A stretch of DNA of 64,000 bases from positions 73,317,815 through 73,381,814 of the forward strand of contig NC_068982.1 of assembly GCF_001194135.2 (NCBI RefSeq). Direction: 5' to 3'. Under the pieces are notes generated by a model that saw nothing but the letters and a program-made list of their open reading frames with translations, made no database searches and was not told where the DNA came from. This DNA comes from Octopus bimaculoides. Lineage: Eukaryota. Shown piece after piece: positions 52,360 to 64,000 of the stretch (positions are counted from its first letter, which is position 1; every line of letters starts with the position of its first letter). Position numbers and translations under genes: made by a program.

Positions 52360-52735
52360 ATTCCAGAGTCAAAGTCTGCATGGTGTGGGAATCCATATGC
52401 GTAATTCTGCAACATTCCATGTGCATATTACAAAGGTGGCAACACTGAGCAGGGATGTAGCCAGTTGGATTCTGAGACCATTTGGAACAAAGTAAAAGGA
52501 TACCATGCTACTCTTATGGAAAACATTTTTTTCACTGTCACCTAAGCAACTGTGGTCACCTTAATGTGTCAAACAAACAATAGAACTTGAAGCAATCCAA
52601 CGCTACTACACAAAGAATATTGACTTGAAGCAATAGCTGAGCAATCAGGAGAGGCTAAAAAGATTGAGGCTCTTCTACCTAGATGCAAGACATGAAAGAT
52701 ATGGTGAGATATGAAAGATCTTTGAAGGCCTTTCC
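52360..52735 (+). mobile_element. CR1/L2-like LINE C-terminal remnant (second copy)
   Basis: Nucleotide similarity to 60230-60560 (tgcaacattccatgtgcatatt, ccatgctactcttatgga, tgaagcaatccaac). Confidence 0.65.
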
Positions 52736-52999
52736 CTCAATCTTAGGATCAAAAGCCATACCAACCACCAAACTGGACACCATTGTACCACCACATCCTC
52801 TCCTCTCTGTGTAGGAGGGGGTTCCACGAGAAAGAGTGAAATAAGCTAATGCTAATTTCATGATGGTAATACATGCACAACATATTGGTTATTGTAATAT
52901 TGTAATATAGAAATCATCCTAGCCTATTATGTTATCAAAAAAATATATTTTAATATAAAAATCATCCTAACCTATTATGTTATCAAAAAAATATACCAA

Positions 53000-53040
<41 letters not shown>

Positions 53041-53084
53041 AATTTAGTAAATGGAGTAAAACACATATGTTAAATGAATTCTTT

Positions 53085-53176
53085 TATTTCCAACATATGT
53101 TTTGAAGATTACAAATTGTACCTTCCAAAGGAATAGGTGATGTTGATAAGGATGTAATCTTCTCTTCAGGGAAATA
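53085..53176 (-). ncRNA. Type I hammerhead ribozyme motif (PLE-associated), G12 mutated to A
   Basis: Minus strand reads UAUUUCC-CUGAAGA-GAAGAUUACA-[39 nt]-UGUAAUCUUC-AAAA-CAUAUG-UU-GGAAAUA. This gives a 7-bp stem I, a 10-bp stem II, a palindromic stem III and a GUU cleavage triplet. Confidence 0.75.
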
Positions 53177-53190
53177 CATANNNNNNNNNN

Positions 53191-53234
<44 letters not shown>

Positions 53235-53808
53235 ATTTATCACATGAACTACAATGAAAAAAATATGAGAAAGATATGGAATATAATTCTTTTTTATGAA
53301 GGAGTTCCTTGAGACATTTAATTTATTTTAAGGGTTATGCAAGGGTAAAAAGGTTGAGAAACACTGGTTTAGAGTAAGGACACAGTATTGTAACAGTTTG
53401 AGTTTCAAGAGTCCACAACTTCAAAATTCTGTCAAAGAACCTCAGAGATGTGCAAGTTGTAGATGTTGATGTTGTCAAAGAATATTTGGACAAAATTTTA
53501 TCTGAGGTACCAGATGAATTCATATTGAGGCAGGAAACCAAGAAGAACAGCTCTTTCCATCTTGTGAGACACAGTTACAAAGAGAAAACCAGGAATTGTG
53601 TATGAAATAAAACTAGTCACACTAAAGATGGTGCCCAGCATGACTCTAGCCTTTAGCTCAAACCAATAATAGTAAAAGTCAAAGTCTATCTAGATATATA
53701 TATACATTTGCACTGACTACTAACCTTGAGAATTATTGATGAGCTTTCAGACATGGTGTATAGGTGAACATGTGTGTATATAAGTATAAATATATATATA
53801 TATATATA

Positions 53809-55745
53809 TATAGTTTTAGGGAAAAGAACCAAGGTTCATGAACTCATCGATGAAAATCCACTGTCACATATAGAGATCTTAGAAAAACATGCACCTTATT
53901 ACAATAAAGCCCTTTGCGAGGCGGGATATACTAATGATATTACATTTTTTAATAATCCAAAGTATAATTATAATTTTATTAGTAATGATTATAATAGTAA
54001 TGATCTTTGTCATAAACATAACCTTTATACTTATGATAATGTCTTAGGTAATTATAATAAGAATAATAGGTATTATGATAATAAATTACATAAACATAAT
54101 TGTAATGGAAACAATAATAGATTTAATTTGAATTTTTTTAATGATAATAATAAATTTAATAATATAAATAATAAATACAATAATATCTATAATAAGAACA
54201 AACTCTGGCTAATCATTCCATATGGTGTTCAAGTTAAAACTAACATTATTAAAGAAATTTTAAAAGTTATTGATATATTCCTTAGAGATAATAAAAAACA
54301 TTATATCTTTTCTACTAATAATTTTGGTGTAGGTTATTCTACTACTAATAATGTTGCTAAGATTATCTCTTCTTTTAATAGATTTAAGTTAAATAAGTAT
54401 TATAAATATAAATTTAATACTTATTCTAATAATAATAATAATGTAGACCAGGATATAATTAATTGTACATGTAGAGATAAGACTAAATGTAAATTTAATA
54501 ATAAATGCAATTNNNNNNNNNNNNNNNNNNNNNNNNNNNNNNNNNNNNNNNNNNNNNNNNNNNNNNNNNNNNNNNNNNNNNNNNNNNNNNNNNNNNNNNN
54601 NNNNNNNNNNNNNNNNNNNNNNNNNNNNNNNNNNNNNNNNNNNNNNNNNNNNNNNNNNNNNNNNNNNNNNNNNNNNNNNNNNNNNNNNNNNNNNNNNNNN
54701 NNNNNNNNNNNNNNNNNNNNNNNNNNNNNNNNNNNNNNNNNNNNNNNNNNNNNNNNNNNNNNNNNNNNNNNNNNNNNNNNNNNNNNNNNNNNNNNNNNNN
54801 NNNNNNNNNNNNNNNNNNNNNNNNNNNNNNNNNNNNNNNNNNNNNNNNNNNNNNNNNNNNNNNNNNNNNNNNNNNNNNNNNNNNNNNNNNNNNNNNNNNN
54901 NNNNNNNNNNNNNNNNNNNNNNNNNNNNNNNNNNNNNNNNNNNNNNNNNNNNNNNNNNNNNNNNNNNNNNNNNNNNNNNNNNNNNNNNNNNNNNNNNNNN
55001 NNNNNNNNNNNNNNNNNNNNNNNNNNNNNNNNNNNNNNNNNNNNNNNNNNNNNNNNNNNNNNNNNNNNNNNNNNNNNNNNNNNNNNNNNNNNNNNNNNNN
55101 NNNNNNNNNNNNNNNNNNNNNNNNNNNNNNNNNNNNNNNNNNNNNNNNNNNNNNNNNNNNNNNNNNNNNNNNNNNNNNNNNNNNNNNNNNNNNNNNNNNN
55201 NNNNNNNNNTTTAGTTTAAACTATAGCATCGTTTAGATAAGTGTTACTTCTATCTTTATTATTTTAACATAAAACTTCGTTTAAATTGTATTTTAAACAA
55301 AAGATTCATTAAAATTAGTTTTTGCATATAATATTCCTGTTAGTTTATATTATAATAAACGTAAAGTTAATTATTGAATGTTTATAATTTTGATATTTCT
55401 AATAATATTTTTCGATCTTAATATAATAAGTATTTCATATACATTCATTTGTTTTTTATTGTTGGTTGATATATACATTCTTTTATTATTATTATTGTTG
55501 ACCTGAAGATTAACTATATTTTTGAATAGAATTGATTTTCGATAGTTTTAATTGATTTAAATATTTTTTTCCATTTGAAAATTTGGTTATGAAACACGTG
55601 TAGTTTTATCATCGTTATCTTATGATATTTACTTTATATTATACTATACTTATTTATTGTGCTTTTACTTATTAATTTTTCTATATGTGACAGTGGATTT
55701 TCATCGATGAGTTCATGAACCTTGGTTCTTTTCCATAAAACTATA
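53809..55745 (+). mobile_element. 5'-truncated Penelope-like retroelement with an inverted terminal segment
   Basis: Open frame 53877-54512: APYYNKALCEAGY...LWLIIPYGVQVKTNIIKE...VGYSTTNNVAKIISSFN...CTCRDKTKCKFNNKC, matching the PLE RT-thumb/linker that precedes GIY-YIG. A 66-bp inverted repeat joins 53809-53874 and 55680-55745 (1 mismatch). The middle is an N gap. Confidence 0.8.
55500..55605 (+). ncRNA. Degenerate hammerhead-like motif in the Penelope 3' region/pLTR
   Basis: CTGAAGA (55503-55509), then GAAA-CACGTG-TA (55591-55602) with a palindromic stem III and GUA triplet. Stems I and II are short and imperfect. Confidence 0.4.
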
Positions 55746-56059
55746 TATTTATATTTTATACCTTATTCTAACCAGAATACTGTAAGTACTTTGCTTTTGG
55801 TCAAATCAACATTAACATGTTACTTGCAATGCACGACATGAAAAATAAAGAGTTATTTGTTAACTGACATCTTATTCCTTAATTGACTGAATAATATTGT
55901 TATGCTTCAACTCTTTAGTTTTTCAAGATATTTTTATGTAATTTTGGTAAATATATCTGTTAAAATGAGATGTCAGTGTTATTTTCATTTTTGCATAATT
56001 CAAACAACAATATATTCACTGCACCTGTATATATATATATATATTTATGTATCTATATA

Positions 56060-56525
56060 GGCGTAGGAGTGGCTGTGTGGTAAGTAGCTTGCTTACCAAC
56101 CACATGGTTCTGGGTTCAGTCCCACTGTGTGGCACCTTGGGCAAGTGCCTTCTACTATAGCCTNNNNNNNNNNAGTCCCACTGTGTGGCACCTTGGGCAA
56201 GTGCCTTCTACTATAGCCTTGGGCTGACCAAAGCCTTGTGAGTGGATTTGGTAGACGGAAACTGAAAGAAGCGCATCGTATATATGTACATATATATGTG
56301 TGTGTGTTTGTGTGTCTGTGTTTGTTCCCCCAACATTGCTTGACAACCGATGCTGGTGTGTTTACGTCCCCGTAACTTAGCGGTTCAGCAAAAGAGACCG
56401 ATAGAATAAGTACTAGGCTTCCAAAGAATAAGTCCTGGGGTCGATTTGCTCGACTAAAGGCGGTGCTCCAGCATGGCCGCAGTCAAATGACTGAAACAAG
56501 TAAAAGAGTAAAGAGTAAAAGAGTA
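56060..56525 (+). mobile_element. SINE family B, full-length copy, followed by a second 3' half (56530-56730)
   Basis: Same head, body and (GTAAAAGA)n-like tail as 40234-40705. Confidence 0.9.
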
Positions 56526-57261
56526 TATACTTGTATATGTGTCTTTGTGTCTGTTTTTCTCTCCCACCATTGCTTGATATCTGGTGTTGATGTGTTTATG
56601 TCCCCGTAACTTAGTGGTTAGGGAAAAGAGACCGATAGAATATGCACCAGACTTTAAAGAAATAATTCCCTAGTTCTCTTTGACTAAAACACTTCAAGGC
56701 AAAGCTTGGCTGTAGTCAAATGACTAAAATCATGGCATGGTAGACAATGGAACATGTTGCGAACCTCTGACCTGTTGAACTGTTCAGCCCTTTCCAGCAT
56801 GGAAGGTAGACATTTGATGATGCTGATGATTATATGTATGTATGTTTGTGTAGCACAAATGTATATAACTATGTATCTACATATGTATGAAAGTACATAT
56901 GAAGGTATGTATGGTTGTATGTTTGTATGAGAGAGAGAGAGAGAGAGAAATGCAAACAGACTGATAGAAAATAAGGTTAGCGGAGGGGAAGAAATTTCTA
57001 TTCTGTTCTATTTCTATTGGTTTCTTTCGCAAAAAGAAACATAAAAATAGAACACAGACACAAGGGAGAGAACCAAAGAAAATCAAACTGCTGTCAGATA
57101 GACATCTTAGAAAGGCAGGCACAGAGTACAAGGTGTATAATTGTGAAGAACTCAGATAACAAAGGTATTTCAATAATAGCAATGAATTAGTGAGGAAGAA
57201 AATCAATACAGATTGTCTGAGATGGTTAAATGATCTCTATTGTAGACATACATACATACGT

Positions 57262-57430
57262 CGGCATCATCATCATCATTTAATGTCTGTTTCCCCTGCT
57301 GACATATGTTGTACAGTTTGACAGAAGCTGGCAAGCCAGAGGGCTGCTCTCAGCTCTGTTGTCAGCTTTGGTATGATATCTATGGTTGGGTGCCCTTCCT
57401 TATACCAACCATTTTACAGATTGTACTGGG
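57262..57430 (-). mobile_element. RTE 3'-end fragment
   Basis: An (ATC)n tail followed by the reverse complement of the same RTE 3' UTR. A further short plus-strand piece lies at about 56745-56830. Confidence 0.7.
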
Positions 57431-58759
57431 TGCTTCTTCTGTGGCACCAACACCGGTGGGGTCACCAAAGAACTTGCAAAACAAAGACATCCTCAACTAG
57501 GAGGGGGAGTAGTATTGCCAGAGGGAAATTATTTGTGCCATTTGGGAGGTTAAAGTATAATAGAAAGAAAGAGAAAGGTGTCTTGCAGTTGAGGAGACAC
57601 TTGGCTACTCCAGTTGGAAAAGAAAGGAGAAAAAGGCAGAGAGATGAGAGAGAGAGAAAGTTGGTGGTGGATATGTGTCAGGTCAAACCTCAAGATGTAG
57701 TAGGGGAAGATGAGTATAAATGAAGTGATACAGAAGAGTGGGTGGGGAGGGGGGATAGAGGGGGGAGTTTCACAAGAATGTGAGGAAACATGGTGAGAGA
57801 TGTCTCACTTGGCTATAATTTTCAGATGTTTTAACACCCAGTACTATGAGGGAGTTGTCCACAAAGAGCTGTACTATAGTGATCCAGCAAACAAACAAAA
57901 CATCTACATTGAATATGCACAGTTGGTAATATTTACAACACTAGCACTGCTTTTAATTCATAATCGAATTGAATCTTACATATGCATTGTTATGGCAAAC
58001 CAGCAAATGGTTCTTACACTATTTGTATAAAGTCATAGACAGATGATTCATTTTGTCCCCAGTTTGAATCAGATACATTATGTTGATAAGCTAAAAGAAA
58101 TGGCAAAATATTGGTATCCATCATGCCTGGATAGGATTGGAGGTGAGTTGTCTCACCTGTCTATGACTTTCAGGTGTTTTAACATCCAGTGCTATGAAGG
58201 AGTCGTCCCCAGAGTGCTGCCTCACAACAAACTGGCAAACAAGCAAAATATATACATTATGTGCAGTCGATAATGTTTACAACACTAGCACTCATTTTAA
58301 TTCATATATATATATATATATATATACCTCTTTCATACATATATATTATATATACACTTTTGATAAGGGCCACTCTTAAAACTCTTGCTCTGTAAGTCAC
58401 TTATGTGCTTCAAATAGTGTGTGTGTGTCTGCATGCATGCATGCGTGCATGTGTGTGTCTTTGGTCTGGCTGGGACTTTGCATCAGTCACAAATTTTGTC
58501 TGTGGCCCTCATTAGGTTGTCTGATAGGAACTTCCATATAATATAGAGGATAACTGGAATTTCCTACAACACAGCTTAATGAGAGTCACAGACTATACTT
58601 GTGGCTAGTGCAAAGTCTCAACCAGACCCAGGGTGACATGGTGGTAGAACATTGTAGTAGACAGGGACACTAGAGTGAAGAAAGAGGACTGGAAGAGAGG
58701 TGGTAACAGAAGACTATATCAGGTAGCTTGAAGGGAAGCTAGGTGACAGGTATATTTAG

Positions 58760-60100
58760 CTAGTGAAAAAGAGTAAAGGAAGAAGTTTGCCAATGTTTTG
58801 CAGCATGGGAACCAGAAGCTTGAAGTGTTCTGAATTGTAAGATAGTGTGTCAGAGAAAATTATGATGTTGTAGTGTGCCCACAAAGATGATGGTTCATTT
58901 GCACTTAGTGATTCTGCAAAGAAAGATGCATGACAGTACCACTATGAAAAGCTGCTAATTATGGAGAATGTATGAGAAAAGGAGAGTTTGCCTAGTGTGG
59001 ACCCAACAGAGGAACCAGCTATCCAAATTAATAGAAGTTTGGTAGATAAAGGATATGAAGACAGGGAAAGTCCTCAGCTCATCAGGAATCACTGATGTGA
59101 TACTTAAAATATTTGGTGGAGTGAGATATGGCCTATATAGTTAATCAGGATGCCCATGAGTTGGGGTCATACCCAACGACTGATGTAACAGCATTATCAT
59201 CAACTTCTGCAAAGATGAAGGTGACACCTTAGACAGAAATAATAACAGGTATCAAATTGCTGGACCAGGTCATAGAAGTTAGTGAAAGAGATATAGCTCA
59301 ACTAATTAGGAAGTGAGTTAACATAGATGAGAGAAAATTTGGTTTTGTACTTGGCTTTTATTGACATGGCGAAAACTTTTGACAGGATCCCTCACGCCCT
59401 CATCTGGTGGTCAGTGCAGATGTTAAGGATAGACAAGAGGTTGGTGAGAGCTGTACAAGCCATGTACAGGGATACTGTCAGTAAGGTGAAAGTTGACAAT
59501 GAGTATAGCAGTGAATTTAGTGTGCAGGCAAGAGTTCACCCAGGATAAGTTCTCAGCCCTCTGATGTTTATCATAGTCCTCCAAACCATAGCAGAGGAAT
59601 TTGAGACTGGTTGCCCAAAGGAGTTTCTCTATGCTGAAGACCTTGTCCTTATAGCTGAATCTCTACTAGAATCAGGGAAGAAATTTCAGGTGTGGAAGCA
59701 AGGTCTGGAATCAAAAGGCCTTAGAGTTAATTTAGCTAAGACCAAAGTACTAGCAACTAGAAAAGCAGACAAATTACTAATCCTTTCAGGGAGATATCTC
59801 TGCTAAATATGTAGAAAAGTTGTAGGTAAGAATTCAATACAATGTACTCAGTACTAACTATGGACATATATAAGAGAAGTAACAATATCACAGAAAGGTT
59901 AAAAAAGAAAGTAGTCTTTGTGTGCGGCATATGTGCATGTACAATAAACACTAAGAATGTACAGAAGATGTTTGAGGGGATTCTAAGAAGTAGTAGATGG
60001 CTTCCATTACTTTGACAGCCAAACTAGCAGAGGCAGAGGACGCCCTGTAGTTGCAAAAATAAGTTTGAGCTGGACAAAGTTCAGAGAGCTTTATTACCTT
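58760..60100 (+). mobile_element. RTE-clade LINE remnant (RT domain)
   Basis: AFIDMAKTFDRIPHALIWW, RAVQAMYRD, LYAEDLVLIAES (YADD to YAED) and GLESKGLRVNLAKTK. Confidence 0.88.
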
Positions 60101-60129
60101 TACTGTATGCAGTATACAAGTGGACTGAT

Positions 60130-60580
60130 AAAACTAACATGCAGTTTGATGCTGAGAAGTTTCAAGCCCTCTTTTATCGACCTACAAATAGACTCCATTC
60201 AGAATACACAGGACCAAGGGGTAGTCCCAGGGTCAGAATCAGTGCATGACCTGAGAATCCATCCAAGTAATTATGCAACATTCCATGTGCATATTAATAA
60301 GCTGGCAACACTGTGCAGGTGAGTGGCTGGCTGGATCTTAAGATCATTAAGAACAAGGATAAAGGATTCCATGCTACTCTTATGGAGAACATTTGTTCAT
60401 GGTCGCATAGATTACTACACCCATCTATGCTCTTCACAAAATGTCAAACTAACAACCAAATTTGAAGCAATCCAACACCACTTAATAAAGAAGATTGACT
60501 TAGTGCAACAAATGAGTGACTGGGAGTGGTTAAAAGTACTGAGGTTCTACTTCCTAGAGACATGATGTGTGGTATATTCA
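60130..60580 (+). mobile_element. CR1/L2-like LINE C-terminal remnant
   Basis: AGWILRSLRTRIKDSMLLLWRTFV..IDYY..EAIQ..WEWLKVLRFYFLE. A homologous copy lies at about 52360-52735. Confidence 0.7.
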
Positions 60581-61434
60581 GATTTAGGGTTTCAGGAATA
60601 TGGCCCCCTCTTTTAAAGATTGTAGTGATTCTCTTGAAAAAGATTTGTGTTCTTCATTGAGTAGATCAAGTAGCTATATGAAAGTCTTTATAACTCCTGG
60701 TGATGGAAAATTTAAATTCAGTTTTTAATTTTATTCTATTTAAAGATAGTAAAAATATTAATGATTTCATACTCTACTGAAAATGCTCATTGCTTATCTG
60801 TACTTAAGACACTGGTCTTTTACAAGTAACTTTTCTCAGAGACTCTGGTACCTATACACAATAGCTATATGATCTGAGAAATACAGAAAGAATGGTATTC
60901 AGGTAGAAACCCATTCAAATGTCAACAGTAGTGGCATTGCTATTGTGTACCACTTGGGGCAGTCCTTGCATTTGTCACCCTCTCCAACCTGCCATACTGG
61001 CTTATACAACAGATCCCAAAGTGCTGCCCAGGATGAACTGCTCCTACCCCAGTAACACTGCTGGTTCACAGTGCCAGATTTGTAAAGGTGATTGCTTAAT
61101 GTTGGAATTAGGTAATTAGGCTCACAATTAAAAGTTCATGAATTCACCTCATAAACTGGGAAGCAAATTGTATTCTTGGGCAAAGCACTTCATTTTTCAA
61201 TGTTCCAGTCTACTCAACTGTAATGAGTACCAACTAATTACTATTCCATCCCTTCTTCCTTCCAGCTGCTATTCCTTGGTGTGTCAGGACCAAGAAAGTT
61301 TCTATTTCTATGTCTATGTCTATTTGCAACTATTTGAGCAGCTAAAACAATTACCAAAAACATGGTAGTACATATTTCCAAGCCATCATTTGTTCACAAG
61401 TGATGGTTGGCTGTGTTATACTTTTAGTGCCAGA

Positions 61435-62740
61435 TTTAGAGAAGAAATTTCAAGTGTGAAAGCAAGGTCTAGAATCAAGGGCCCTTAGAGTTAATCTAGC
61501 AAAATCTAAAGTCTTAGTAAGTACAATAGCAAACAAATTACAAATGCTTCAAGTAGATGGCCATGCTTGGTCAGTAGGAAAGGTGTAGGCAGCTATGGAC
61601 ACATAAGAGGTGCAGCAATATCAGAGGAAGGTTAACTGAGAAAATATGTTTTGTGTGGAAGAAGCACAGGTACAATAAACACTAAAAATGTACAGAAAAT
61701 AGACTCCATCAAATACCAGGCGGGTAAGCTAGAGGTAGTTGATAGCCTCTGTTACCTAGCTGACCAAGTCAGTAGTGGAGGTGGATGCCCCAAAAGTGTA
61801 GCTGTGAGAGTAAGAACAGGCTGGGTAAAATTCAGAGAGCTCCTACCTCTACTGGCAACAAAGGGCCTCTCCGTCAGAGTGAAAGGCAGGTTGTATGATG
61901 CCTGTATGAGAACAGCTATACTACACGGCAGTGAAATATGAATTATGACCACCAAGAACATGTAGGCTTCTAAGAAATGAAGGTAGCATGCTTCGCATGC
62001 TTTACTGGATGTGCAATGTGTAAGCGTCTTGAGAGAAAAGTTGAGCACAAGAGGCATGCATGGTGTGGTCATGTGATACATATGACCATATCAGTGCAGG
62101 ACAGCTGTGTAAAGAAATGCCAGTCTCTAACTGTGGAGGGAACCTATGGAAGAGGTAGACCTAGGAAGATGAAGTGGGATGAGGTAGTGAAGCATGATCT
62201 TCAAACATTGGGCCTCACAGAGGCAATGACTAATGTCTGAGACCTTTGGCAATATGCCGTGCTTGAGAAGACCTGTCAAGCCATGTGCACTTGTAGTTCT
62301 AGCTGATGTTGGCAGCACATAAAAAGCACCTTTTGAGCACTGGACCTCACGAAGGCAATGTGGCTGATGCCAGTGTTGTGTAATTAACACCTGTGCTGGT
62401 GGCACATAAATAGTACTTTTCAAGTGTTGGGCCTCATGGAAGCAATGATAAATGACTGCGGCCTTTGGCAATATGCCATGCTTGAGTAGAAGACTCATGA
62501 AGTCAAGTGAAACCATAGTTGAGACAGATACTGGTGTCATGCAACTGGCATCCATGCTGGTAGCATGTAAAAGCACTCATTACACTCTCAGAGTGGTTGG
62601 CATTAAGAAGGGCATCCAGTTGTAGAAACCATACCAAGTTAGACTGGAACCTGGTGCAACTCCTCAGCTTACCAGCCCTGGTCAAACTGTCCAAACCATG
62701 CCAGCATGGACAACGGATGTTAAATGACGATAATGATGAT
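61435..62740 (+). mobile_element. 5'-truncated RTE LINE with 3' UTR and (GAT)n-type tail
   Basis: VDSLCYLADQVSSGGGC..RVRTGWVKFRELLPLL..KGRLYDACMRTAILHGSE and GRGRPRKMKWDEVVKHDL. The 3' UTR carries internal repeats and ends ggatgttaaatgacgataatgatgat. Confidence 0.88.
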
Positions 62741-63153
62741 TTAGACTTCATAAGGCACCTTGTTAAAAAAGTTACATATATCTTTTAATAATATTGAGGC
62801 TTCAAGTCCTAGCTTGGTTAGCTTAAACCTAAATAAAGCACTGATCTTATAAATACACAAGTGACAACTCAAAAGAATAGCTAGGAGTTAGGGTGATAGG
62901 AGCAGCATTTTGGGGTCGCTGCATGCTCTTGCACTACCTCAAGCTTGGACTTCTTTATAGTGATGGAACATGGAAACTCCACACTTTGAAACAGAATATT
63001 TGTCCTCTACAGATTTATTGTCAAACTGAATTCGTGACAACACATGCAAAAGTACCCAGAAGGCTCTGAAGCTTTTCTTCAGTATGGCTGCAAACAGAAA
63101 ATGGTCAGTTTTCGTTTTGACTTGTTGAACTGTCATTTGGATCAGTTGGTTTT

Positions 63154-63830
63154 GTTCGTTAATTTCTGTAAATTTTTATTTATTTATTTATTTACTTTTG
63201 TTTTTAGGACGTGTGGAAGGCGACATCTGCTTTAAAGTGAGAGCAGAAAGTGAAACCGAGGAGAAAGTGAAAAAATGTATGTACGTGTATATGAAATAGA
63301 TATGTATGTGGGAGAGATAGTATACCTATTATCTTTCATATACACGTACATACATAAATACATATGCATACATCTTTTTTACATGTATGTGTACGTGTGT
63401 AAGAGATAGAGAGAGTGAGTGAGTACCACTTCAACATGCGAGAACACACACCTTCACTTACACATACATGCAAAAAAATGTATGCATATGTATTTATGTA
63501 TGTACGTATATATGACAAAACACCCCTGTAAATTTTCAGATTAACACTCGCACGGTTTTCACTAGGGTGTTAGGGTCAGGGTTAGGGTGTTAGGGTTAGG
63601 GACGGAATTCCCTAACCCTGACCCTAACACCCCAGTGAAAATCGTGCGGGTGTTAATCTGAAAATTTACCCACACCCCTTCACTCTCTCTCTCACTCACA
63701 CACACATACACACGACCATTTCATATACACATACATAAATCTTTCACTTTCTGCTCTCACTTCAAAGCAAATGTCGCCTTCCACGCGTCATGAAAACAAA
63801 AGTAAATAAATTTTACAGAAATTAACGAAC
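63154..63830. mobile_element. Foldback module, copy 2 of the same family
   Basis: Same gttcgttaattt ends and shared interior motifs. Homology to copy 1 extends about 50 bp upstream of the left arm. Confidence 0.75.
63528..63671. mobile_element. Palindromic MITE with TTAGGG-type repeats and 8-bp TSD (hAT-like)
   Basis: Arms of about 60 bp, gtaaattttcagattaacac..ttagggtcagggttaggg and its reverse complement. ACACCCCT is duplicated at 63520-63527 and 63672-63679. Confidence 0.8.
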
Positions 63831-64000
63831 AATAATTACAAGTCTGCGAGTCAAAATGAAGGCTCGCCCAGAAAATCTTTAATGCCTATTTTGCGTACTT
63901 TGCTTTTAGCTTTCAGTAAGGAGAGGTCTAATAGTCTTTTATCATTTCTGATCATGGAAGTCTATCCATTCAATCGATGTAAATGTTCAAAAGGCACGCT

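Overview
AT-rich, microsatellite-dense, gap-rich draft eukaryotic scaffold. The SINE and LINE families look like those of a coleoid cephalopod, probably Octopus; this is recognition-based inference, not a database result. The only clear host protein-coding gene is an intronless linker histone H1 (45201-45776, minus strand). It stands alone, with no core histone genes in the window, and has an H1-box/TATA promoter but no visible histone stem-loop. Almost everything else is transposon-derived: at least four tRNA-headed SINE families; R4/Dong, RTE, CR1-like and L1/Tx1 LINE remnants; Penelope-like elements (PLEs) with hammerhead-ribozyme motifs; nested Helitrons; Tc1/mariner elements (mariner, maT/DD37D-type, and a full-length DD41D-related copy); MITEs; and several long hairpins. 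Most six-frame ORFs are microsatellite or N-gap artefacts. The main leads are a near-perfect type I hammerhead at 53085-53176, candidate spliced exons downstream of H1, a 119-nt hairpin covering a candidate splice donor, and two odd insertions flanked by 15-16 bp direct repeats.
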